Shown piece by piece: positions 30,218-42,059 of a stretch of DNA of 64,000 nt (positions within the stretch are counted from its first letter, which is position 1; each line of letters starts with the position of its first letter). This stretch comes from Desulfobacterales bacterium (GTDB lineage Bacteria; Desulfobacterota; Desulfobacteria; Desulfobacterales; UBA5852): NCBI GenBank assembly GCA_963674755.2, contig CAXXVS010000003.1:2240001-2304000 (forward strand), in the 5' to 3' direction. A model generated the notes under the pieces. It ran no database searches, was not told the origin of the DNA, and saw only the letters and a program-made list of their open reading frames with translations. Both the position numbers and the translations under genes were made by a program.

Positions 30218-31651
30218 CTACAGGGCGATCATGACATGCTTGGTCACCTGGTAGTCATGCACTGCCTCGACGGAAAGATCCTTGCCGAAGCCGGACTGCT
30301 TGAAGCCGCCGTGGGGGGTTTCCGAGGCCAGGGGCAGGTGATCGTTGATCCATACCGTACCATACTCCAGACGGGCGGACAGGCGCATGGCCCGGCTCAC
30401 GTCCCGGGTGAAAAGGGAGGCCGCCAGGCCGAAGTCCACCCCGTTGGCCAGGGCCAGGGCCTCGGCTTCGTCCGTGAAGGGCTGGATGGTGATCACCGGT
30501 CCGAAGACTTCCTTTTGAATGATTTCCCAATCCTGGTAAACGTCCGTGATGACGGTGGGGGTGTAGTAATAGCCCCGATCGAATCCATCCGGAGGAGCGC
30601 CGCCGGTGAGCACCCGGGCGCCCTTGTCCCGGGCCCGGGCCACGAACCCGGCCACCGTGTCGCGCTGGGCTGCGGAAATGAGCGGCCCCATCTCGACGCC
30701 CTCCTCGAAAGGCAGTCCGATCTTCACCTTGCGGGCGGCGGCCACCACAGCTTCGGTGACCTCGGCGAGTTTGCTTTTCTCCACCAGGAGGCGGGTGGCC
30801 GCGGTGCAGTCCTGGCCGGTGTTGAAAAAGGCGCCCAGGGCGGTTTTCTCGGCCACCTGGTCGATGTCGGCATCGGCGAAGACCACCACGGGCGCCTTCC
30901 CGCCCAGTTCCAGATGGACCCGTTTGACGGAAGCGGCGGCGCCCCGCATGATCCCCCGGCCCGTTTCCGTGGATCCGGTCAGGCTTACCAGGCGGATGTC
31001 GGGATGGTCCACGATGGACTGGCCCACGTTTCCGGTGACGATATTGAGCACCCCGTCGGGAAGCCCGGCGTCCCGGGCGATCTCCCCCAGCAGGAGGGTG
31101 CTGCGCGGGGTGAGGGAGGCCGGTTTGATGATCGAGGTGCACCCGGCGGCCAGGGGCGGGCCGATTTTCCAGACGGCCATCATGAAGGGGTAGTTCCAGG
31201 GGGTGATGCCGGCGGTCACGCCGCACGGTTCTCGGCGGTAGATGGAGGTGGACCCCGGGAAATATTCGCCTGCGTGATGGCCGCCGGTGTCCCGGGCCGC
31301 GGCGGCGAAAAAGCGCAGGTTATCCACCGAGAAGGCCAGATCGGCGCCCAGGGATACATTCTGATAAGGTTTCCCGCTGTCTTCGGATTCGATGCGGGCA
31401 ATTTCGGCGGCCCGTTCTTCCACGAGGTCGGCCATCTTCAGCAGGACCGCCGAGCGCTGGCCGGGGGTCTTGCCGGACCAGCGGCCGTCTTCAAAAGCGG
31501 TTTTGGCCGCCTGCACGGCCAGAGCTACATCGGCGGCGTCGGCGTTCGGCACCTGATCGATAATCTCTTCCGTGGCGGGGTTTTCTACATCCAGGTGTTT
31601 CTGCGCTTGGGACGGGCACCAGTGCCCGTCGATCCACAAGGCGTTTTCCAT
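30218..31651 (-). CDS. Aminobutyraldehyde/betaine-aldehyde dehydrogenase-like ALDH
   Basis: PWNYP, LELGGKAP, FNTGQDCTAATR, EVFGP, PHGGFKQSGFGKDLS (PatD-like). Confidence 0.88.
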   Translation of the reverse strand: MENALWIDGHWCPSQAQKHLDVENPATEEIIDQVPNADAADVALAVQAAKTAFEDGRWSGKTPGQRSAVLLKMADLVEERAAEIARIESEDSGKPYQNVSLGADLAFSVDNLRFFAAAARDTGGHHAGEYFPGSTSIYRREPCGVTAGITPWNYPFMMAVWKIGPPLAAGCTSIIKPASLTPRSTLLLGEIARDAGLPDGVLNIVTGNVGQSIVDHPDIRLVSLTGSTETGRGIMRGAAASVKRVHLELGGKAPVVVFADADIDQVAEKTALGAFFNTGQDCTAATRLLVEKSKLAEVTEAVVAAARKVKIGLPFEEGVEMGPLISAAQRDTVAGFVARARDKGARVLTGGAPPDGFDRGYYYTPTVITDVYQDWEIIQKEVFGPVITIQPFTDEAEALALANGVDFGLAASLFTRDVSRAMRLSARLEYGTVWINDHLPLASETPHGGFKQSGFGKDLSVEAVHDYQVTKHVMIAL

Positions 31652-31754
31652 AAGAACTCCTTTCGAGTCGGAATATAGACAATTCAGGGTAATTCCATGC
31701 AATCGCACAATAGGGCGTTTTCTACCGTAATCAAGTGTCGCAGCGGAGGTTTGG

Positions 31755-32093
31755 CTTAGTTTCGATCTAAGCCCTCCACCTCTGGTGGAGGACCCGGAGA
31801 GGTTTTTCCGATCCGGGGTGGCTTTACATCAATTGGTTCCTTCATTTTCTTTCACGTGAAAGAAAACAGAAGCAAAAGAAAACGCCCGTGTCCCGCTTAA
31901 TCCTGCGCGTCGTCGAGGTGGCCGGAGCGCGCGGAAACTCGCTTCGCTCAAACAGTCCGCGCGCTTTTATCCGGCCGCATCGCCGATGCTCGGCGCGGGA
32001 CAAAGGGAAATTCAAAACCAAAACCTCAAAAACTGTTTTCCAGCCCCCTTCGAGGGGGCTTCCTGAGGCCTCCCGCTAAGCGGGAGGAGGCTC
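31755..32093. repeat. Structured ~340-bp dispersed repeat, copy 2
   Basis: Highly similar to 37430..37768 over the full length; nested inverted repeats. Confidence 0.9.
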
Positions 32094-32131
32094 ATTCTTG
32101 ACCCAAGCCCTGCCGCTATGCGGGAAGACGA

Positions 32132-33637
32132 TCATTGGCCCCCGGTCGACCCATGCCGGGGACCGGTCTCATCATCGGCCGGCAGCCGCTTTTCAGCCAT
32201 TCGCTGCTCTTCCACGAACTGCAGCACATCTTCCGTCACGTCGCCGGTGGCGTAATCGCCGTCGAAAAAGGCCATGTGCGGTTTGGTGAAGCTCAGCTTG
32301 CCCTTGCGGGTGATGGCTTCCAGCAGTCCCTCCACGTCCTGGTAGACCAGAGCGTCGGCCCCGATCTGCTTCCGGATGTCGTCTTCCGTGCGGTTGCAGG
32401 CGATATATTCGTCCCGGGCCGGCAGATCGATGCCATAGAGGTCGGGCCAGCGCAGGGGCGGGGCGGCCGAGGCGAAGACCACCTGGCGGGCGCCGTTGCG
32501 GCGCATCAGCCGGACGATGTGCCGGGAGACGTTGCCGCGCACGATGCTGTCATCCACCACCAGCACATTGCGGCCCCGCACCTCGAAATCGATCAGGGAG
32601 AGTTTGTAGCGGTTGGCCTTCTGCCGCTCCGCCTGGCCGGGCATGATGAAGGTGCGCCCGATGAAGCGGTTTTTGACGATGGCCTCGGTATAGCGCACCC
32701 CCAGTTCGTGGGCGCAGGCCAGGGCCGCCGTCACCGCACTCTGGGGGGCCGGCACCACCACATCGAAACGCATGTCCGGCAGAACCTTTTTGATTTTGGC
32801 GGCCAGGTTCTGCCCCATCCGCAGCCGGGCGCGGTAGACGCTGACCCCGTTCAGAAAGGCGTCCGGCCGGGCGAAATAGATATATTCGAAAGCGCAGGGT
32901 CGAAAGGTCTTCTGCTGCACGATCCGCTGCCGGACCCGTCCCTCCAGATCGACAAAGACGACTTCGCCGGGGGCCACATCCCGGTGGTAGTCGAATCCCA
33001 GAAAGTCGAACATCCCGTTTTCGGAAGCAAAGATATGGGCCTCCCCGCCGGCGGTGGTGCGGCGGCCCCAGACCAGGGGGCGGATGCCGTGGGGGTCGCG
33101 AAAGGCGATCAGCCCCTTGCCGGCAATCAGGGCCACCACCGAGTAGGCCCCCTGCACGCGCCGGTAGACACTGGCCACCGCGCGGACAATCGCATCCAGG
33201 AAATCACCTTCGCCCGGCCGGGCCAGGGACGAGGCGAATACATTCAGCAGCACCTCGGCGTCGTTGTGCGAATTGACCTGCCGAAGATCCCGGGTATACA
33301 GCTCTTCCCGGAGCTGCCAGACGTTGAACAGATTACCGTTGTGGACCAGGGCGATGCCGTAGGGGGAGTTGACCTGGAAGGGCTGCACATCCTCCGCACT
33401 GCCCCCGCCGACCGTGGCATAGCGCACGTGGCCGATGCCGAGCCGGCCTTCGAGCTTGGCCAGGTCCTGGGGCCCGAAGACTTCGCGCACATAACCCAGG
33501 CCCTTCTTCTGGTGAAAGCGATCGCTGCAGGTCACGATGCCGGCGCTGTCCTGACCGCGATGCTGCAAGGCGGTCAGGCTTTCCACCATGGCCAGGGCCA
33601 CCGGTTGATCTGAAATGAGGCCGACGATGCCGCACAT
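32132..33637 (-). CDS. purF: Amidophosphoribosyltransferase
   Basis: MCGIVG Ntn nucleophile, QHRGQD, GHVRYAT, FEYIYFARPD, VVDDSIVRG, YGID. Confidence 0.95.
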   Translation of the reverse strand: MCGIVGLISDQPVALAMVESLTALQHRGQDSAGIVTCSDRFHQKKGLGYVREVFGPQDLAKLEGRLGIGHVRYATVGGGSAEDVQPFQVNSPYGIALVHNGNLFNVWQLREELYTRDLRQVNSHNDAEVLLNVFASSLARPGEGDFLDAIVRAVASVYRRVQGAYSVVALIAGKGLIAFRDPHGIRPLVWGRRTTAGGEAHIFASENGMFDFLGFDYHRDVAPGEVVFVDLEGRVRQRIVQQKTFRPCAFEYIYFARPDAFLNGVSVYRARLRMGQNLAAKIKKVLPDMRFDVVVPAPQSAVTAALACAHELGVRYTEAIVKNRFIGRTFIMPGQAERQKANRYKLSLIDFEVRGRNVLVVDDSIVRGNVSRHIVRLMRRNGARQVVFASAAPPLRWPDLYGIDLPARDEYIACNRTEDDIRKQIGADALVYQDVEGLLEAITRKGKLSFTKPHMAFFDGDYATGDVTEDVLQFVEEQRMAEKRLPADDETGPRHGSTGGQ

Positions 33638-33762
33638 GGGGGCTCCCTTATTTTCGGTTTGCGTTTGGACGGATCCCTGATTACAAATAAAAAATTCACC
33701 CTTATGGTGGGTCGAAGCCCACCGAGTGTCAACACCATGCACCGGAACCCATTGGAGAGCAC

Positions 33763-34974
33763 GTGACCCCTCATGAACGCAACACGCTGATCACCACCTC
33801 ACTGGGCCACTTCCTGAGCCACTTCAACATGCTGGTGTTTCCGGCGATTTTAATCCCGCTGAGCACCCGGCTCCACATGCCCCTCGCAGAAGTGCTGGGC
33901 CTTTCTTTCTGGATGTATCTGCTTTTCGGGGTCACGGCCCTGCCCTGGGGGCTGGCGGCCGACCGTTTGGGGGCCAAACCGCTGATGGCGATTTACTACG
34001 CCGGGGCCGGGTGCTGCGGCCTGGCGGCAGCGGGCTGGATCGATGCCCCTCGCCTGCTGGCGCCGGCCCTGGCCGGCATCGGGTTGTTCTCCGGCATCTA
34101 TCATCCTGCCGGGCTGGGCCTGATCTCCAAGCAGGTGACCCGTATCAGCTATGCCATGGGCATCAATGGGATGTTCGGTAATCTGGGGCTGGCCACGGCG
34201 CCCCTGGTGGCCGGTGCGGTGACCTGGCTCTGGGGGCCGCAGGCGGCCTATTTTGTCCTGGGGGCGGCCAATCTGGCGGGCCTGATGGTCATGATCCTGC
34301 TGCCGCTGCCGGTGGAGGGCGGTGCGGTCGCCCGGGCGGACGATCCCAACGGCGGCCGCGGATTCGTCATTCTGCTGGTGGCCATGATGCTGGGCGGAAT
34401 CGTCTATCGGGGCGGCACGGTGATTCTGCCGGCCTATTTCGAGCTCCGCAATCCGGATGTCCTGAAATGGCTGGGAGAGCAGCTCCCGAACGGTTTTTCC
34501 GGCAACCTGGTGGCCACGCTTCTGACGTCGGCTATCTTCGTCGTGGGCATGCTCGGGCAGTATATCGGGGGGCGGGTTGCCGAGCGCTACCCGCTGGCAC
34601 CAAGCTACTTGCTCTTTCATTTGATCACCATTCCGCCGGCCTTTGCCATGGCCTGGGCCTTCGATATGCCGCTGATCCTGCTGGCTCTGGTTTACTTCTT
34701 TTTTTTGCTCGGCATGCAGCCCATCGAAAATACCCTGGTCTCGCAACTCACCCCGCCGCACTGGCGTCACGCCGCGTTCGGCATGAAGTTCGTGCTGACC
34801 TTCGGCATGGGTGCCCTGGCCGTGAAAGGCGTGCAGGCCATTGAAAGCAACTATGGAATTTCCTGGGTCTATCCGTCCCTCGGGTGTGTCTCCCTGCTTC
34901 TGGTGGCGACCATCGGTGTTCTCATCATCCGGATGAGATCCGAAGGAAGTGCGCACCATCGGTTTGCGCATTGA
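33763..34974 (+). CDS. MFS transporter
   Basis: About 12 TM; GLAADRLG, SGIYHPAG, GGRVAERY. Confidence 0.85.
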   Translation: MTPHERNTLITTSLGHFLSHFNMLVFPAILIPLSTRLHMPLAEVLGLSFWMYLLFGVTALPWGLAADRLGAKPLMAIYYAGAGCCGLAAAGWIDAPRLLAPALAGIGLFSGIYHPAGLGLISKQVTRISYAMGINGMFGNLGLATAPLVAGAVTWLWGPQAAYFVLGAANLAGLMVMILLPLPVEGGAVARADDPNGGRGFVILLVAMMLGGIVYRGGTVILPAYFELRNPDVLKWLGEQLPNGFSGNLVATLLTSAIFVVGMLGQYIGGRVAERYPLAPSYLLFHLITIPPAFAMAWAFDMPLILLALVYFFFLLGMQPIENTLVSQLTPPHWRHAAFGMKFVLTFGMGALAVKGVQAIESNYGISWVYPSLGCVSLLLVATIGVLIIRMRSEGSAHHRFAH

Positions 34975-35262
34975 CGGTCTTCGGGCACCCGCTTTCACGA
35001 TTTCCCGAAGACGGCTGACGGCTGCGATGACGCTTTCATTTGCGGGCCAAACGGCTGTCGGGATGCCGGCAGCTGTGGTATGATGCATGTATTTGCCCGG
35101 GCGCGCGGCGGATCAAGGGGTTGGCATTCCGGGCCCCAATGGGCCGCACGGTTGCCTGGCGGAACGCATCCGGAATGATGCGGACATGACGGGAAGGCGG
35201 GACCGGCGACCTTCGAACGGCGCCCCGATCTTGCCTTCAAACGGAACCTCAGGAGACCGACG

Positions 35263-37329
35263 ATGGCAGACAGGCAGCGACCCTTTGACTCGATCTATTC
35301 CCACGGCTTCGTCCGGGCCGCCGTGGCGGTGCCCTCCCTGCGGGTGGCGGACTGCCGCTACAATGTCGAACGCCTGCTGGCCCTGGCGAAAAAAGCGTCC
35401 CGGGACCATGCGGTCCTGGTCGTGTTCCCCGAACTGGGGCTTTCGGCCTATTCCAACGAAGACCTCTTCCAGCAGGAGGCCCTGCTGGATGCCACCCTTG
35501 CGGGCTTGGCCCAAGTCAAGGCGGCCTCCCGTGAGCTTGCGCCCCTTCTTCTGGTGGGCGCGCCCCTGCGTCTGGAGGGCAAACTGTTCAACTGCGCCGT
35601 GGTGCTCTACCAGGGCCGGATTCTGGGGGTCGTCCCCAAGAGCTATCTGCCCAATTACCGCGAGTTTTACGAGATGCGGCAGTTCGTCGCTGCCCGGCAG
35701 GCGCTTCACAGGGAGGTGAACTTGCTGGGGGAGACGGTGCCTTTCGGCAACGATCTGATTTTCGAGGCGCTCAACTTGCCGGGCTTCGCCCTCCATGCGG
35801 AGATCTGCGAAGACATCTGGGTGCCCATTCCACCCAGCACCTATGCCGCGCTGGCCGGCGCCACGGTGCTGGCCAACCTGTCGGCCAGCAACATCACCGT
35901 GGGCAAGACCGACTACCGCCGCCTGCTGTGCGCCTCCCAGTCCGCCAAATGCCTGGCGGCCTATCTCTATTCCGCGGCCGGCTTCGGCGAGTCCACCACC
36001 GATATGGCCTGGGACGGCTATGCGGTCATCTATGAGAACAGCGAACGTCTGGCCGAATCCGAGCGCTTCCGACAGGCGGAGCAGCTCATCATGGCGGACA
36101 TCGATCTGGACCGCCTGGTGCAGGACCGCATGCGCACCACCAGCTTCAACGACGCAGCCGCCGACCACCGTCAGCAGGTTGCGGCCGTGCGCCGCATCCC
36201 GTTTGCTTTCGATATCCCCCGGGAGGTAATCCCGCTCCGGCGCGAAGTGCCACGCTTCCCCTATGTCCCCCGGGACCCCTCCGTGCTGGATGAGCGCTGC
36301 TTCGAGATTTACAACATCCAGGTCCAGAGTCTGATCCAACGGCTGAAGGCCTCCGGCATCGAAAACATGGTCATCGGTGTCTCGGGCGGTCTCGACTCGA
36401 CCCAGGCCCTGCTTGTGGCGGCCAAGGCGGCCGATGAATTGGGATGGCCCCGGGAGCGTATCTACGCCACCACCATGCCGGGATTTGCCACCAGTTCCTC
36501 CACCTTGCGCAATGCCCACCGTCTGATGGCCGCCCTGGGGGTCCGGGCCAGTGAAATCGACATCAGGCCCTCCTGCCGGCAGATGTTCCAGGATATCGGA
36601 CACCCCTATGCCCAGGGGGAGCAGGTCTACGACATCGCCTTCGAGAATGTCCAGGCCGGGGAGCGCACTTCCCATCTCTTCCGGCTGGCCAACCACCATC
36701 GGGCCCTTGTTTTGGGGACCGGCGACCTCAGCGAACTGGCCCTGGGCTGGATGACCTACGGGGTGGGCGATCACATGTCCCACTACAACGTCAACGCCTC
36801 GGTTCCCAAGACCCTGATCCAGCACCTCATCCGCTGGGTTTCCACGACCGGCCAGTTTTCCGAAGCGACCAACGACGTCCTGCAAGCCATCCTGGCCACG
36901 GCCATCTCCCCCGAACTCGTGCCGGACGCGGCCGGTCCCGGCGAAGAACCCGCCCAGCGCACGGAAGACGTCATCGGCCCCTATGAGCTGCATGACTTCT
37001 ACCTGTACTATGTGCTGCGCTTCGGCTACCGGCCGCGCAAGGTGGCCTTTCTGGCCCGGGCTGCCTGGGAAGACAAGACCCGCGGCTCCTGGCCGGGCAC
37101 CCTGCCGGCGGCGCAGCGCCACGCCTATTCCCTGGCCGTCATCAAGAAATGGCTGGCCGTCTTTCTGGACCGCTTCTTCCGCACCAGCCAGTTCAAACGT
37201 TCGGCCCTGCCCAACGGCCCCAAGGTGGGATCGGGGGGCTCCCTTTCCCCCCGCAGCGACTGGCGCGCCCCGAGCGATGCCGAAGCCGCGGTCTGGTTGG
37301 ACGATCTTGCCGAAAACGTTCCTGATTGA
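35263..37329 (+). CDS. nadE: Glutamine-dependent NAD+ synthetase
   Basis: Nitrilase domain ([22 protein letters not shown]) plus [22 protein letters not shown]. Confidence 0.95.
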   Translation: MADRQRPFDSIYSHGFVRAAVAVPSLRVADCRYNVERLLALAKKASRDHAVLVVFPELGLSAYSNEDLFQQEALLDATLAGLAQVKAASRELAPLLLVGAPLRLEGKLFNCAVVLYQGRILGVVPKSYLPNYREFYEMRQFVAARQALHREVNLLGETVPFGNDLIFEALNLPGFALHAEICEDIWVPIPPSTYAALAGATVLANLSASNITVGKTDYRRLLCASQSAKCLAAYLYSAAGFGESTTDMAWDGYAVIYENSERLAESERFRQAEQLIMADIDLDRLVQDRMRTTSFNDAAADHRQQVAAVRRIPFAFDIPREVIPLRREVPRFPYVPRDPSVLDERCFEIYNIQVQSLIQRLKASGIENMVIGVSGGLDSTQALLVAAKAADELGWPRERIYATTMPGFATSSSTLRNAHRLMAALGVRASEIDIRPSCRQMFQDIGHPYAQGEQVYDIAFENVQAGERTSHLFRLANHHRALVLGTGDLSELALGWMTYGVGDHMSHYNVNASVPKTLIQHLIRWVSTTGQFSEATNDVLQAILATAISPELVPDAAGPGEEPAQRTEDVIGPYELHDFYLYYVLRFGYRPRKVAFLARAAWEDKTRGSWPGTLPAAQRHAYSLAVIKKWLAVFLDRFFRTSQFKRSALPNGPKVGSGGSLSPRSDWRAPSDAEAAVWLDDLAENVPD

Positions 37330-37429
37330 CACCTTCTTCCGCCAGCCGTGCCAGGCGTTGAAGGACATCTTCCCGAAGATCTTCCTGGTAGCTCGCGGCA
37401 TCCTCTGTGCGTAATGGTTCACGTATGGA

Positions 37430-37768
37430 CTTAGTTTCGATCTGAGCCCTCCATCTTAGGTGGAGGATCCGGAGAGGTTTTACCGATCCGGGGTGCCTTT
37501 ACATCAATTGGATCCTTCCTTTTCTTTCCCGTGAAAGAAAAGGAAGCTAAAAGAAAGCGCCCGTGTCCCGCTTAACCCTGCGCGTCGTCGAGACGGCCGG
37601 AGCGCGCGGAAACTCGCTTCGCTCAGACAGTCCGCGCGCTTTTATCCGGCCGCATCGCCGATGCTCGGCGCGGGACAAAGGGAAATTCAAAACCAAAACC
37701 TCAAAAACCGTCTTCAGGCCTTCTTCGAGGGGGCCTCCTAAGGCCTCCCGGTTTGCGGAAGGAGCCTC
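37430..37768. repeat. Structured ~340-bp dispersed repeat, copy 3
   Basis: Highly similar to 31755..32093; lies between convergent nadE and potC. Confidence 0.9.
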
Positions 37769-37790
37769 GCGGGATAGGACCGTGATGACG

Positions 37791-38648
37791 CTAGGGCGTG
37801 GGGGCCTTGGGCTTGCGGCCGCTTTTGGTCTTGCGGCCGATGAGGTAGCTCATTGAGACGAACAGCAGGGAGATGGCCAGCATGACGGTGGAGAGCGCAT
37901 TGACCTCCGGGGTGACCCCCATGCGCACCATGCCGTAGATGTAGAGGGGCAGCGTGGTGGAGCCGGCCGGTGCCACCATCAGGGTGATGATGAAGTCGTC
38001 GATGGAGATAATGAAGGACAGCATGGCGCCGGAGATGATGCCCGGCATGAGCAGGGGCAGGGTGATGTGGCGGAAGGTGCGCCACTCGTCGGCGTAGAGA
38101 TCATGGGCGGCCTGCTCGAGGGTGGTGCCCATCCCTTGGAGGCGGGCCCGGATGGGCAGGAAGGCGAAGGGGATGCAGAACACCGTGTGGGCCAGGACCA
38201 CCCGGCCCAGACCGATCTCCAGATGCAGGGCGGTGAAAAAGGACAGGGTCGCTACGGCGGTGACGATTTCCGGCATGGTCATGGGCAGCATCAGGATGCC
38301 GTAGGATACTCCCCGCCCCCGGAAGCGCCCGCCGCGGGCCAGCACCAGGGCGGCAAACACCGCTACCACGGTGCCTACGGCCGTGGCGCTGAAGGCCACG
38401 ATCAGGCTGTTGATCGCGGCCCGCTGCACATCGTCATTGGCAAAGGCCTTGAGGTACCACTCCAGGCTGAAACCATGCCAGATCGTGGCCGAGCGGCTGG
38501 AATTGAAAGAGAAGATGATCAGGAGCACGATAGGGACATACAGGTAGAGGAGAAACAGCCAGGAAGTGGTGGCGAAGCCGGGAAACCGCCCGATGGCGAA
38601 GCGTTTTTCGCCGTTGCCCTTGTCGGTCCTGGTCATGACGGCCCCCAT
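37791..38648 (-). CDS. potC: Polyamine ABC transporter permease
   Basis: FSFN..GFSLEWY, EQAAHDLYA, SIDDF, TPEVNALST. Confidence 0.88.
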   Translation of the reverse strand: MGAVMTRTDKGNGEKRFAIGRFPGFATTSWLFLLYLYVPIVLLIIFSFNSSRSATIWHGFSLEWYLKAFANDDVQRAAINSLIVAFSATAVGTVVAVFAALVLARGGRFRGRGVSYGILMLPMTMPEIVTAVATLSFFTALHLEIGLGRVVLAHTVFCIPFAFLPIRARLQGMGTTLEQAAHDLYADEWRTFRHITLPLLMPGIISGAMLSFIISIDDFIITLMVAPAGSTTLPLYIYGMVRMGVTPEVNALSTVMLAISLLFVSMSYLIGRKTKSGRKPKAPTP

Positions 38649-39546
38649 CAGCTTTCCCCCTCCAGTCTCATTTTGCGCCCCGGCCCCCAGACATAGACCA
38701 TCATGGCCAGCAGAACGATGGCCATCAGAATCAGGGCCACGGCCGAGCCGAAAGGCCAGTTGCGGGAACCGCCGAATTGCAGCTGGATCAGGCTGCCGAT
38801 CATGAGGTGCTTGCCGCCCCCCAGCAGATTGGGAATGATGAAGTCGCCCAGGCAGGGCACGAACACCAGCAGGCTGCCGGCAATGACGCCCGGCATGGCC
38901 AGGGGCAGGATCACGTGGCGCATGAGCTGCCGGCGGCTGGCGTAGAGATCGTGAGCCGCCTCGAAGAGGCTGAAGTCCAGCTTTTCCACCCGGGCGTAGA
39001 TGGGCAGGACCATGAAGGGGATGTGGGTGTAGACCAGCCCCAGGAAGATGGCGAAATTGGTGTAGAGCATCGTCAGGGGTTCGTGGATGAGCCCGATCTT
39101 GATCAGGAAGTTGTTGATCAGGCCGGTGTCCCGCAGGAGTAGAATCCAGCAGTAGGCCCGGATCAGGAGATTGGTCCAGAAGGGGATCGTCACCAGGAAG
39201 ACCATCAGGTTCTTGCGGCGGGGCGGCTGGCGGGACATGTAGTAAGCCGTGGGAAAGCCGATCAGCAGGCAGAGCACCGTGGTCACCAGGGCCAGGACAA
39301 AGGAGCGCCCGAAGATACGCAGATAGGCTGAGTTGAAGACCAGCTTGTCCATCAGGTTCCGTTCGAACAGGAACTGGATATAGGCTTCCAATGAGAACTG
39401 GGGCGTGACGCCGCCGTAGGGGTTGGCCTTCATGAAGGAGAAGACGATGATGATGGCGATGGGCACCACCATGAAAATGCCGATGATGCCCAGGGCCGGA
39501 GCCAGGCCCAGGGCCCGTCGCGTGGAGGCGTTTTGCAGGATGCGCA

Positions 39547-39547
<1 letters not shown>
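38648..39547 (-). CDS. potB: Polyamine ABC transporter permease
   Basis: PFWTNLLIR, PFMVLPIY, EAAHDLYA, RNWPFGSA. Confidence 0.88.
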
Positions 39548-40644
<1,097 letters not shown>

Positions 40645-40777
40645 GGCGAGGATGCTCCCTGTGAACAAAAAAACCGGGCGCAGGCAAACGTCGCGCCTCT
40701 ATAGCAAATAATCGAGCGTTTCGGCAATCGGATTTCGGTAACTTCCGTCTGCCGGCCCGATCGGGCGTGGACCGCGC

Positions 40778-42052
40778 TCAGCACAACCGGTCCTTGAGGC
40801 TGAACCAGCGGTAGACCAGCGGCAGAAACCACGGGCGCCCCTCGTAAAACGGGATGGCCCGGAATTTCAGGCCGGCAAAGGCGCTATGGCCCGCAACGGT
40901 TCCCTGGATCAGGCCGGCCAGCTTTTCCCCCAGGTGGGTGGCCAGGGCCACCCCGTGGCCGCAGTAGCCGCCCGCGAAATAGACGCCGTCTTTTTGCCCC
41001 AGGTGCGGCAGGTGGTCCACCGTAAACCCCAGCTTGCCCCACCAGGCGTAGTCCACCGCTGTGGACCGCAGCTGGGGGAAGATGGCCATCATGTTGTCCC
41101 GCATGTGGCGGGCGTTTTCCGCTATGGACCGGTCCGTGAAGGGGGGGCGCCCGCCGAACAGGATCCGGCGGCCGTCCGGCGAGGGCCGGAAATAGTAGAG
41201 AAAGGTCTTGGTGTCCGCGATCATCCGTCCTTTGGGGATCAGGGCCCTGACACGCTCGGGGGGCAGCGGCGCCGTGGCGATCATCAGGCTGCGGGCCGGC
41301 ACGATCCGGCGGCGTATCCAGGGCGTCAGGGCGCCGGTGTAACCGTTGGTGGCCGCGATCACCTTCTCCGCCCGGATCAGGCCGCCGTCGGTTGTCACCG
41401 CCAGGCGGCCGGGCCTGCCCGTGATGCCGAGAGCCGTGACCTTTTCATGCAGGCCCACGCCCGCCTCCCGGGCCATCCGGATCAGCCCGGCGATGTAGCG
41501 GGCCGGCTGAATCCCGGCGTCATTCTTTTCGAGCAAGGCCCCGTGGTAGACCGGCGAGTCGACTTCTTCCCGGATTCGTTCGGCCGGTACCCATTCGGCG
41601 GTATGCCCGATCCGCTCGGCCATGAATGCCCGGGACCGCTTAAGGGCCTCGGCATGGCGGGGTTTGAAGGCCGCATAGAGAAACCCGCTGCGCCGGAAAG
41701 CGCAGTCGATGCCGCCCTCCTGGACCAGGTGTTCCACGGCATCCACGGCGGCCACGGATTCCCGGTAGAGCCGGCGGGCCGCATCAAGGCCGTAGCGTTT
41801 GGCCACCACCGTCAGTTCGGCGCTGAGGCCGCTTAAAACCATGCCCCCGTTGCGGGCGCTGGCGCCGGTGCCCAGCGGTTTGGCATCGATTACCGCGACC
41901 TCATGGCCTGCCTGGCGCAGCCGTATGGCGGCGGTGGTGCCGGTGCAGCCGCTGCCCACCACGAGAATTTCGGTTCGCTCGGGCGGCGGGTCCGGGAAGG
42001 CCGGCAGCAGGCCGTCATCCCACCAATAGTTGGTTTCCCTGATCGCGTTCAT
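40778..42052 (-). CDS. FAD-dependent amine oxidoreductase (PuuB/DAO family)
   Basis: VGSGCTG, GASARNGG, ATNGY, GYCGHGVA. Confidence 0.82.
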   Translation of the reverse strand: MNAIRETNYWWDDGLLPAFPDPPPERTEILVVGSGCTGTTAAIRLRQAGHEVAVIDAKPLGTGASARNGGMVLSGLSAELTVVAKRYGLDAARRLYRESVAAVDAVEHLVQEGGIDCAFRRSGFLYAAFKPRHAEALKRSRAFMAERIGHTAEWVPAERIREEVDSPVYHGALLEKNDAGIQPARYIAGLIRMAREAGVGLHEKVTALGITGRPGRLAVTTDGGLIRAEKVIAATNGYTGALTPWIRRRIVPARSLMIATAPLPPERVRALIPKGRMIADTKTFLYYFRPSPDGRRILFGGRPPFTDRSIAENARHMRDNMMAIFPQLRSTAVDYAWWGKLGFTVDHLPHLGQKDGVYFAGGYCGHGVALATHLGEKLAGLIQGTVAGHSAFAGLKFRAIPFYEGRPWFLPLVYRWFSLKDRLC

Positions 42053-42059
42053 GGCCGCG

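Noticed and set aside
31888..32079. ORFs MSRLILRVVE (31888), MSRLTLRVVE (37563) and 26859..27122 as a protein family
   Set aside because: They lie inside the structured repeat; lengths and frames differ between copies and changes conserve pairing rather than codons.
35113..37422. 769-aa minus-strand ORF and similar long antisense ORFs (10503..12158, 30236..31678, 32135..33613, 47575..49407, 49299..50810)
   Set aside because: Shadow frames opposite well-supported GC3-rich genes, with no motifs of their own.
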